Shown here: piece by piece, positions 1-8,113 of the stretch
Layout: every line of letters starts with the position of its first letter
Position numbering within the stretch: position 1 is the first letter of the stretch
From: an uncultured Gemmatimonadota bacterium
Lineage (GTDB): Bacteria; GCA-2686955
Length of the DNA: 44,780 nt
Direction: 5' to 3'
Assembly: GCA_964490075.1 (NCBI GenBank)
Contig: CAZBBK010000045.1
Coordinates: 1 to 44,780, forward strand
Notes under the pieces: generated by a model
Told to the model about the DNA's origin: nothing
Seen by the model: the letters and a program-made list of their open reading frames with translations, nothing else
Database searches by the model: none
Position numbers and translations under genes: made by a program

Positions 1-69
1 CTCGTCAATGAGACGGCAGGGCGCTTCGCTTGCCGCGCTATGTCGAAACGCCAGAGCCCCCCCCCGCGA

Positions 70-99
70 TTGACATAAGCCGAGCTTTCTCCGTAGAGT
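70..99 (+). promoter_or_regulatory. putative sigma70 promoter (TTGACA-18-TAGAGT)
   Basis: TTGACA at 70-75 and TAGAGT at 94-99, upstream of RBS GAAGGAG (172-178) and ATG at 184. Confidence 0.6.
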
Positions 100-183
100 T
101 CAGGCTCCTTCTCTCCCGCGCGTGCCCCTTCTCCCCGCTCGCGGAGCCGCTTTCCAACCTTCCCGGTCTCCGAAGGAGTTCCC

Positions 184-951
184 ATGAAGAAGGCCGTCGT
201 CATCGGGCTGATCCTGGCCACCACCCTTCCCGCTCAGGCCGTGCAGCTCCGACTCTCCGATACCTTCGGCGCCTCGTACCTGATGGGCGAGGACAACGCC
301 GATCACATCATGCCCGGCTTCATGATCAACCAGTCGGTGCTCTTCGAGTTCGACAGCCCCTGGACGCTCGACATCTCGTACTTCGGCGCCACGCGCATCG
401 GCACCCAATCGTCGGCCATGCGCGATGCGGCTCTGGCGGAGGAGCGCGCCGCCATGGGCGATTGGCTGGGCGAAGAGGGGATCGATCTCGACCCCGCGAG
501 CGTGCTCGACGCCTCCCACATGCGCACCTTCGAGGCCTTCACCGGCAACGCCATCTGGGGCGGCGCCTCGCTGCGCTACACCTTCGGCGACCGCGAGGGT
601 CGCTCCGCCTTCTTCGGCCTGGGGGCCAACTACTTCGCCATCCCCCGCGTCGACTACGGTTACGCCTTCCGGCGGGTCGACTTCACCTACCTCGACGAGC
701 TCAACAACGAGGTCGAGGATTCCTACGATCCCGCCGACTATCGTCCGGAAGGCGCGGAGCGCAGCCGCGCCTACAACAACGTCACCTCGATCGAGGAGCG
801 CGCCGGCTTCGGCGCCGTGGCCAGCTTCGGCCTGCTCTGGAACGTGTCCGACAACCTGCGTTTCCACGGCAACGTGCTCTACAACCACGGCATCAACGAG
901 ACGATGTCGCTCTTGAGCGCCGGCCTCGGACTCGGCCTCTCGCTGCCTTGA
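184..951 (+). CDS. secreted hypothetical protein, probable small outer-membrane beta-barrel
   Basis: Signal peptide MKKAVVIGLILATTLPAQA, strong RBS, alternating aromatic/hydrophobic strands (GGASLRYTFG, FFGLGANYF, LSAGLGLGLSLP). Confidence 0.7.
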   Translation: MKKAVVIGLILATTLPAQAVQLRLSDTFGASYLMGEDNADHIMPGFMINQSVLFEFDSPWTLDISYFGATRIGTQSSAMRDAALAEERAAMGDWLGEEGIDLDPASVLDASHMRTFEAFTGNAIWGGASLRYTFGDREGRSAFFGLGANYFAIPRVDYGYAFRRVDFTYLDELNNEVEDSYDPADYRPEGAERSRAYNNVTSIEERAGFGAVASFGLLWNVSDNLRFHGNVLYNHGINETMSLLSAGLGLGLSLP

Positions 952-952
952 T

Positions 953-2524
953 CTACTGCGTCTGACGCCGATCCGACGCCAACATGTCGAGCACCTGGGT
1001 GGCCGATTCGACCATCAAGGCACCGGTCTCTGGCCCATAGAAGGTGGCGCCCGACTCGTAGCCGCCCGCCCAGTATTCCTCTTCGCTCACCATGTAGCCC
1101 AGGTGGCCGTTGGCCAATCCGACCACGAAGCTGCGCGGGTGACCGAGCGCGTCGCCGTGGGCCTTGATCGCCAAACCGATCGCGGTGGTCGCCTCGCCCG
1201 GCATGCTGGTGAAGAGAGTGCCTGCGATCCGTATCCCGCTGAAGTTGGTGTTGCGTTGCTCCACCAAGCCGATCAGGGGCACGACCAGGTTTCCCGGTGC
1301 CGGCGGTTCCAGGAAGAACCCGGGGCGCATATAGGGCATCGGTAGATCGACGAAGAGGTGGGCCCCGGCCAGAGGCACGCCCCCCGCCGCGGTCTCGATC
1401 TCGTCGTAGATCTCCACCACGCGCTCGGCCAGTGCCTCGCCCCAGAGCTGCACGCGCTCCCAGTCGTCCGCTCCGCCTTGCGACGCGGGCGAGACATCGC
1501 CCTCGGTTCCGTTGAGGAAGATCGCCGTCGCGCCCAGCGTCGCCTCCAGCTCCTGGCTGGCCCGCCCCATGCAATCCCCGGTGAAACGCATGTTGTCTCC
1601 TCCCAACATGGTTCCGTGTACGGCGAAGTTGAACACCACCGCCTTGGGGTCGCCGAGCTCGTCGTCGGCACGCAGTACCGCCAGCTCCGGATCGATCAGC
1701 TCCTGTCCTTCGCGCCGGTTGTGACTCAGTCCCAGGTCCTCCTCGCTGTGGCCGACCCCCACCCGCCCCGGCTCCAGATCGGCGACGGCATCCTCGATCG
1801 CGCCGGCGATTCCATCGACCAGGGGCGCGTAGATCCGCTGGTCGAAGAGGTCGGCGGCGAACCACCAAAGAAAGCGATCGGCCGCGTCTCCGGGCCCCGA
1901 GTGGGAATGGGATCCGCCGATGATCAGGTGCTCTCGGCCGATGCCGAGCGCCCCGACGCGCCGCAGCACGTCCTCGAAGATCAGCTGCGTGACTCCGATC
2001 GCATCGACTCCGACCAGGCAGGCCCGCTGGCCCTCGCTCTCGACCACGATCGCCTTGGCGAAGATCTCGTCGACCACGCCATGGCTCGCCTTGAGCAGCT
2101 TCGCGTAGTAGAAGGGATCGAGGAGGGGATTCCACAAGAAAGGAATCTCCTTGATGCGATCGCCGTAGCCGCCCAGAGGGCAGCCACGCGCGGGAGTGAC
2201 CGCGCGCTGGCCGACTCCGACCCGTAGATCGCCCGCTCCGGTGACGAAGAACGAGGAGCGACGCGGCTCGCCCTCCAGCGCCTCGAATACCTGCTCTCGA
2301 TAGGCCTCGGTCAGCGCCATCGTGGCCCGGATCAGAGGGTGATCCAGAGGATCGATGCCGGCCGCGCGCAGCATCCGCTCCTCGGTCGCCTCTCCCGGTG
2401 CCGGCGGCGCCGCCCCCAGCTTCTCGAGAAGCTCGGGATCGAGCGAGTGACCCAGCGCATCGCCGAGGGACAGCAGCACCGCCGCGGCGACAGCTGCCGC
2501 ACCAACACGCGACATAGTTTTCAT
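953..2524 (-). CDS. neutral/alkaline ceramidase family protein, secreted
   Basis: Motifs SHSHSGPG, NFAVHGT, NGTEGDVSP, PGEATT, GLANGHLGY, GGYE; signal peptide; RBS AGGAG. Confidence 0.8.
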   Translation of the reverse strand: MKTMSRVGAAAVAAAVLLSLGDALGHSLDPELLEKLGAAPPAPGEATEERMLRAAGIDPLDHPLIRATMALTEAYREQVFEALEGEPRRSSFFVTGAGDLRVGVGQRAVTPARGCPLGGYGDRIKEIPFLWNPLLDPFYYAKLLKASHGVVDEIFAKAIVVESEGQRACLVGVDAIGVTQLIFEDVLRRVGALGIGREHLIIGGSHSHSGPGDAADRFLWWFAADLFDQRIYAPLVDGIAGAIEDAVADLEPGRVGVGHSEEDLGLSHNRREGQELIDPELAVLRADDELGDPKAVVFNFAVHGTMLGGDNMRFTGDCMGRASQELEATLGATAIFLNGTEGDVSPASQGGADDWERVQLWGEALAERVVEIYDEIETAAGGVPLAGAHLFVDLPMPYMRPGFFLEPPAPGNLVVPLIGLVEQRNTNFSGIRIAGTLFTSMPGEATTAIGLAIKAHGDALGHPRSFVVGLANGHLGYMVSEEEYWAGGYESGATFYGPETGALMVESATQVLDMLASDRRQTQ

Positions 2525-2532
2525 GATTGCTC

Positions 2533-4137
2533 CTACTGAGTCACCACCCAGATCGGCGACGACATCGCCTGCCCGCCGTCGGCCTGGGTCACCATCGCGT
2601 AAAAATGTGTTCCGACCGGCTGATCGTCCAGCTCGGCGACCACCAACACCTCGGATGCGGCGACCGACTCCTCGTGAATCAGCTCCAGCCCCCGATAGAT
2701 CTGCACCAGCGAGAACTCCTCTCCATCGCGGTCGCGACAGCGAACTCGAAAACGGATGTCTCCCGCTTCGATGTACGATCCCATCTCGAAGCCGTTGGCC
2801 TGAAACGACAGCTCCAGATTGGGATCGGTGGTCGCGAAGAAGCGACGCTTCGAGATGGCGTCGATAATCGCTTCGCGGGTCAACTCTTCGGCCAGCACGC
2901 CGGTGCGATTGTCGTCGATCGTTCCCCAGCCGTTGGAGTGGTTGTCTTGAGCGGTGAAGGGGCCGAGATGCCAGCCGGCGTTCAGCGCCTCGTTGATGTA
3001 CGGAATCTCCCCGCCATAACCGATCGTGTAGGCCGTGAAATCGTGGCCGGCCTGCAGACGTTCCTGGCCGATGTACATCGGGTCGACCTTCGGGTAGTAG
3101 GCCCAGTGATAGAACTCGTTGCCGAGATAGTCGTACTCACCGGGGTGGTTGAAGGTCGCGATCGCGCCATCGTGCTTGCGCAGCCAACGATAGAAGGAAC
3201 GCTGGGTCGGAGCACCGAAAGCGCTGATGAAGCGTTCGGTATTGAACACCACCGAGTGGCCGTGCAGCGGGTTGGAGTACTCGAATCCGCGCAGGGCGAC
3301 GAAGCTGCCCGGATCGTTGGCCTCGTCGGCGCGCGCCTGCAGCAGCTTCCACTCGTTGTTCCACACGAAGGTCGAGATGTACTCGGCGTGGTCCGAGACG
3401 CCGAACCAATCGAGACCGCCCTCGTAGCGGGCATAGCGATAGGCCTCCTTGGGACCGTCGGAGCCGCTCTGCCAGGCGTCGAAGCTGACATTGGTGTGCG
3501 AGTGCAGGTAACCGTAGTAGATCTGGTAGTCGACCACCGCCGGCTCGCTCGGCACCAACGGCACCGCCAACAGATCCTCGGCGCTCGGCTCGCCATAGAG
3601 CCGCGCGCTCTCGCGTGCCAGCTCGCGCACCAGCCGCTCCGGCCCCAGGTCGGAGAAGCGCTTCGCGCGCTCCGCGGCCCGGCGCAGCTCGCCGGGACGG
3701 AAGTCCAGCCAGATCCGGGCCAGCGCGGAATCCCGATCGACGGCGAGCTCCGAGAGATCGACGCATTCCAAGAGCCCAGCCAGCAACAGACTGCGAACCC
3801 CCTCCTCGATCACGAAGTGGCGCGCGATCAGCCATTCGTGCAGGGTCGGATCGCGGTCGAGGATTTCGCGATAGGTGGCGACGATGAAGGTGTCGTCGTC
3901 GGGCACCAGGGCACGAAAAGCCTCGGAGTCGACCAGCTCGAAGAGCAAGGAGATCCCGACACCGTCGGTCTGGATCTGCTCGACGCCGCGTGCCAGCTCG
4001 GCGGGGCCGGGCGGACTGCCCAGCACGCCCCTGTAAAGGCGCCGGACCTGCTCCTCCGGCTGGTGTGCGAGAGCGGACGCCGCCAGGGCGATGGTCGCCA
4101 ACGCGCAGGAACTGGTTCGCGGATGTGGCCAGGTCAT
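2533..4137 (-). CDS. secreted PHP-domain (CehA/McbA-like) metallo-phosphoesterase with N-terminal DUF4214-like helical domain
   Basis: GYLHSHTNVSFD, VSDHAE, GFEYS, FNHPG, QDNH motifs; start reset to ATG 4137 (RBS GGAG, signal peptide). Confidence 0.75.
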   Translation of the reverse strand: MTWPHPRTSSCALATIALAASALAHQPEEQVRRLYRGVLGSPPGPAELARGVEQIQTDGVGISLLFELVDSEAFRALVPDDDTFIVATYREILDRDPTLHEWLIARHFVIEEGVRSLLLAGLLECVDLSELAVDRDSALARIWLDFRPGELRRAAERAKRFSDLGPERLVRELARESARLYGEPSAEDLLAVPLVPSEPAVVDYQIYYGYLHSHTNVSFDAWQSGSDGPKEAYRYARYEGGLDWFGVSDHAEYISTFVWNNEWKLLQARADEANDPGSFVALRGFEYSNPLHGHSVVFNTERFISAFGAPTQRSFYRWLRKHDGAIATFNHPGEYDYLGNEFYHWAYYPKVDPMYIGQERLQAGHDFTAYTIGYGGEIPYINEALNAGWHLGPFTAQDNHSNGWGTIDDNRTGVLAEELTREAIIDAISKRRFFATTDPNLELSFQANGFEMGSYIEAGDIRFRVRCRDRDGEEFSLVQIYRGLELIHEESVAASEVLVVAELDDQPVGTHFYAMVTQADGGQAMSSPIWVVTQ

Positions 4138-4288
4138 CGATCGTTCTCCAGGTTCGGGAATCACGCGCTTCCACGAGCGCCGAGGCGGCTCCGGCCGCGA
4201 AGCTCCCGGTCCGCGCCCGGATCCTCGGCTCATTGTAGCCCACAGTCCGCCATCCAATTCGCGACCGAGCCGCGAATCTCGGCGGCGA

Positions 4289-4894
4289 TCAGGGACGGCG
4301 GATGACCGCGCGCACGATCCCCTGGAGCCGCACCCGATCGGCACGCACCAGAATCGGCGCCATGCGCTCATTGGCCGGCTGCAGGCGAATGACCTCGCCC
4401 TCCGGGTAGAAACGCTTGACGGTCGCGTTCTCTCCGTCGACCAGGGCGATCACGGTCTGCCCCCGCGAGGCGCACTCGCTCTGCTCGATGATCAGGATGT
4501 CGCCGTCGCAGATATGCTCGTCGACCATCGACCAGCCCCGCACCCGGAGCGCGTAGCTCACACGGCCCCGCACCAGCCCCTCGGGGATGTGCATCACCTC
4601 TTCGTCGACCACCGCCTCGATCGGGATCCCGGCGGCCACCTCGCCCAGAAGGGGAATCTCCTGCGTCGGGACGCGAGAGTCTCCCGGCCTGGTTAGCTCC
4701 AACGCTCGGCGCCGATTCCAATCGCGCTCGATCGCCCCTTTCTGCTCCAGGTTGCGCAGGTGTTTGTGCACCGTGGCTAGCGAGGAGAGCCCGAAATGCC
4801 GGGCGATCTCCTCCAGCGTGGGGGCATAGCCGTGGTCTTCGATGTAGTCGCTCAGAAAGTCGTAGATCTCTCGCTGTCGCCGCGTCAGGCGCAT
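4289..4894 (-). CDS. lexA: SOS repressor LexA
   Basis: MRLTRRQREIYDF...YAPTLEEIARHFG HTH, VAAG cleavage site, RGWSM catalytic Ser, TVKR catalytic Lys; start ATG 4894. Confidence 0.95.
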   Translation of the reverse strand: MRLTRRQREIYDFLSDYIEDHGYAPTLEEIARHFGLSSLATVHKHLRNLEQKGAIERDWNRRRALELTRPGDSRVPTQEIPLLGEVAAGIPIEAVVDEEVMHIPEGLVRGRVSYALRVRGWSMVDEHICDGDILIIEQSECASRGQTVIALVDGENATVKRFYPEGEVIRLQPANERMAPILVRADRVRLQGIVRAVIRRP

Positions 4895-4936
4895 GGGCGA
4901 ATCTCCACCACAATCCGCCACCGCTGCTCGCCGAAG

Positions 4937-4965
4937 ACCATAGGCGAAAAAGAGGCGAAAGTGAA
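4937..4965 (-). promoter_or_regulatory. lexA promoter TTCACT-17-TATGGT with a TTCGCC-N5-TTCGCC direct repeat (candidate LexA operator) in the spacer
   Basis: Minus strand reads TTCACT TTCGCCTCTTTTTCGCC TATGGT. Confidence 0.65.
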
Positions 4966-4979
4966 GAAAGAGCGCGCGG

Positions 4980-5792
4980 TCAGTCTTCCAGATCGCGGTC
5001 GTCGGCATCCGGCAGATCGGGCGCCGCCTCGGCGCCGACCCCGCTCAGCCGCTGCGGGAGCCGGCGCAGCATCGCCCAGTCGGTCAGGTCGTGATGGATC
5101 GGAGAGATCGAGATATAGCCGGCCGAGACCGCACTTTCGTCGGAGCCGGCCGGTTCCGGACGATCCTCCCTCTCGCCTTCCATCCAGTAGTAGGTGCGGT
5201 TTCTGGGATCGGTTCTCTGAATGAAGTTCTCGACGTAGCGGGCCCGGCCCTGGCGCGTCACTCTGATCCCGCGGATCTTCGCCCGCGGCAAAGGCGGCAC
5301 GTTCACGTTGAGCAAGGTGCCGCTCGGCAGACCGTTGGCCATCACGTCACGGATCAGCTCGCGCACGATCCAGATGCTCGGCTCGTAGTCGGCGAACTCG
5401 AAAGAGGCGATCGACACCGCGATCGACGGGATTCCGAGAATCGTGCCTTCGGTCGCGGCCGAAACCGTCCCGGAGTAGAGCACATTGGTCCCGGTGTTGG
5501 CTCCGCGGTTGATGCCGCTCAGCACCAGGTCGGGCGGACCGGGCAGCAAGGCCTGGATGGCGAGCTTCACGCAGTCGGCCGGCGTCCCCGACACGGCGAC
5601 CTCCAGCTCGTGGTCGCGGGTGCGCACCTTCTCGATCCAGAGCGGCTCGAAGAGGGTGATCGCATGTCCCACCGCGCTGCGCTCCACCGCCGGCGCCACG
5701 ACATGGACCTCGCCCAGATCGCGCACCGCCTGCGCCAGCGCCCGCAGCCCGGGCGCGTGGATTCCGTCGTCGTTGGTCACAAGAATCCGCAC
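4980..5792 (-). CDS. surE: 5'/3'-nucleotidase SurE
   Basis: ILVTNDDGI, SGTPADCV, SGINRGANTG...YSGTVSAA motifs. Confidence 0.95.
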   Translation of the reverse strand: MRILVTNDDGIHAPGLRALAQAVRDLGEVHVVAPAVERSAVGHAITLFEPLWIEKVRTRDHELEVAVSGTPADCVKLAIQALLPGPPDLVLSGINRGANTGTNVLYSGTVSAATEGTILGIPSIAVSIASFEFADYEPSIWIVRELIRDVMANGLPSGTLLNVNVPPLPRAKIRGIRVTRQGRARYVENFIQRTDPRNRTYYWMEGEREDRPEPAGSDESAVSAGYISISPIHHDLTDWAMLRRLPQRLSGVGAEAAPDLPDADDRDLED

Positions 5793-5847
5793 ACCACTCT
5801 CCGGTTCAGCTTTGCGTCATCGGTCGGTCGGATGCGACAATCGTAGC

Positions 5848-7842
5848 ATGCAGATGCAGCATCGCTACCCACCGCCGCGCGCGCTTCTGGTGCTGCTGAG
5901 TGCCGCGTTCCCGGCATCGGCGCTGGTGAGCGAGGGGCTCGGTCATCTGGCCGGCGACGGATACACGCGACTGCGGGAGGCGCGCCGCTCGGCGGCACCG
6001 GCTCTGGCCCCTCCCGGGGCGCTCGAGGTCGAGCACGGCTTCGACGTGCTGCGCTACGAGCTCTTTCTGCAGGCCGATCCCGACACCCGGCGGATCGTCG
6101 GCGCGGCGGGAATCAGCGTGCGCGGCACCGCACCCTCCCTCGACGAGATCGGATTGCACCTGGCCGACCTGCAGGTCGACACTCTCAGGGTCGACGGAGC
6201 AGCCGCGGAACACGCCTCCCTCGGCGATTCGCTGCGGATCCTGCTCCCACAACCTCTCGCCTCCGGCGACACCCTGTGCATCGACATCGCCTACTCGGGT
6301 GAACCGAGCGCCGGCCTCTACTTCCGCAGCCTCGACGGCGAGCATGTGGTCTACACCTACAATGCCCCCTACGACGCCCGCCACTGGTTCCCCTGCTGGG
6401 ATCTGCCGGGCGACAAGGCGCGGGCACGCATCACGGTTCGAGCCGACGAAAACCACCATGTCTACGCCAACGGCACTCTGGTCGGAGTCACGCCGCCGCG
6501 CGCCGGAGAGAGGACCTGGGTCTGGGAAGAGAACCACGCGATCGCGACCTACCTGATCTCGGTGGCGATCGGCCCCTACGCCACCCTGCGCGATACGGTC
6601 GAGGTCGACGGCGCCCCGGTCCCCCTGCACCACGAGGTCTTCCCCGAGGACTCGACGCGCGCGCTCTACGACTTCGCGCACGTCGGTGAGATCCTGGACT
6701 TCCTGGCCACCGACACCCGCGAGCCCTACCCCTTCGACAAGTACGGCTACGGCGAGGCGCCCGGTCTGCCCGGCGCCATGGAGGACCAGACCTGCGTGAC
6801 GATCGGCTCCTCGCTGATCACCGGAACGCGCGCCTACGAAGACGTGGTGGCGCACGAGGCGGCCCACATGTGGTTCGGCGACCTGGTCACACCGACCGAT
6901 TTTCGCAGCGTGTGGCTGAACGAGGGCTTCGCGACCTACTGGGATGCGCTCTTCACGCGCCACTTCTACGGATCGAGCGCGTTTCGTGCTCGCTTGATCG
7001 TGTTCCGGCGCCGCCGCGGCCCCCTGTGGGACTCGACACCGATCTTCGACCCGCCCCTGGCGCAGATCTACTCCTCGATCGAGTACGAGAAGGCGGCGCT
7101 GGTCTTGCACATGCTGCGCTACGTCATGGGCGCAGGACCCTTCTCCGACGCGATCGCCGCCCACGTCGATCAGGGCCGCTTCGGGCACGCATCGACCGAG
7201 ACGTTTCAGGAGCTTTGCGAGACCGCCCACGGCGGCGGCCTGGGCTGGTTTTTCGACGAGTGGATCTACGCAGCCGGCCAGCCGAGCTATCTCTGGTCGT
7301 GGCGGGAATCGCTCCCGGGGACCCTGTCGCTGCGCTTCGAACAGCCCGCCCTCCCGCGCTTCGAAATGCCCCTGCCGCTGCGTGCCCACGGCCCCTGGGG
7401 CAGTGAGGATCTGCGCGTGGACGTGGCGGCGCTGGAGGTCGTCGAGGCCGAGCTAGCGGTGCCCGGGCCGGTCGACTCGGTCTCCTTCGATCCCGAGCTG
7501 TGGATTCTATGCGACGCGCTCCTCCAGCCCTGGACCGGACTCGACACCAACACCCCGCCGGCGCCGAGCACGCGGCTCGGCCGCCCGGCTCCCAATCCCT
7601 TCAATCCATCCGTCGTGCTGCCCTTCGAGCTGGCTCGCCCGCAGCACGTGAGTCTGGCGATCTACGACTCCCGGGGGGCGCTGGTGGATGAGCTGCTGGA
7701 CGCCCCGCTGTCGGCCGGCCGTCACGCCCTGCGCTGGCAGGGCCGCGACTCCAAGGGCCGGGCCTGCGTCTCCGGCGTCTATCACGTGCGTCTGAGCGCG
7801 GAGGACGGCGTGCGACGAGTCCGCATGGTGCTGATCCGCTGA
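5848..7842 (+). CDS. M1 family aminopeptidase with C-terminal FlgD/T9SS type-A-like sorting domain
   Basis: GAMED, HEAAHMWFG...WLNEGFATY, YEKAALVLHMLR; tail APNPFNP...IYDSRG...WQGRD...GVY; start reset to ATG 5848. Confidence 0.85.
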   Translation: MQMQHRYPPPRALLVLLSAAFPASALVSEGLGHLAGDGYTRLREARRSAAPALAPPGALEVEHGFDVLRYELFLQADPDTRRIVGAAGISVRGTAPSLDEIGLHLADLQVDTLRVDGAAAEHASLGDSLRILLPQPLASGDTLCIDIAYSGEPSAGLYFRSLDGEHVVYTYNAPYDARHWFPCWDLPGDKARARITVRADENHHVYANGTLVGVTPPRAGERTWVWEENHAIATYLISVAIGPYATLRDTVEVDGAPVPLHHEVFPEDSTRALYDFAHVGEILDFLATDTREPYPFDKYGYGEAPGLPGAMEDQTCVTIGSSLITGTRAYEDVVAHEAAHMWFGDLVTPTDFRSVWLNEGFATYWDALFTRHFYGSSAFRARLIVFRRRRGPLWDSTPIFDPPLAQIYSSIEYEKAALVLHMLRYVMGAGPFSDAIAAHVDQGRFGHASTETFQELCETAHGGGLGWFFDEWIYAAGQPSYLWSWRESLPGTLSLRFEQPALPRFEMPLPLRAHGPWGSEDLRVDVAALEVVEAELAVPGPVDSVSFDPELWILCDALLQPWTGLDTNTPPAPSTRLGRPAPNPFNPSVVLPFELARPQHVSLAIYDSRGALVDELLDAPLSAGRHALRWQGRDSKGRACVSGVYHVRLSAEDGVRRVRMVLIR

Positions 7843-7847
7843 ACCGG

Positions 7848-7877
7848 TTGCCCCGGTGGAATCGCGCGCACTAAGAT
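7848..7877 (+). promoter_or_regulatory. possible sigma70 promoter (TTGCCC-18-TAAGAT)
   Basis: TTGCCC at 7848-7853 and TAAGAT at 7872-7877 in the intergenic region before the 8114 gene. Confidence 0.35.
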
Positions 7878-7896
7878 TGCGAGAGCGTGGTGCCTT

Positions 7897-8072
7897 CCAT
7901 AATCCGCCACCTAATTCGCGATTCGCCATGCGCCTCTTGGCCTTATCCTTCGTTGCTCGCGCCGATTCGATGCTCAACGTAGCTCTACTACGCCTGCGCT
8001 CGAATCGGCGCGGCGCCTCGACCAAGGCCAAGATTCGCACGGCTCGGTCACGAATCAGGTGGCGGACTATGG
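7897..8072 (-). ncRNA. 176-nt rod-like hairpin; candidate structured RNA (6S-like geometry) or palindromic element
   Basis: Nested inverted repeats 7897-7921/8048-8072, 7925-7932/8036-8043, 7935-7944/8024-8033, 7958-7970/8000-8012 and 7978-7982/7988-7992; stem mismatches become G-U pairs on the minus strand. Confidence 0.5.
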
Positions 8073-8113
8073 CCTTTCGCCCCCCTTCTCGGATGTGAGC
8101 TCCGGAGAGCTGA

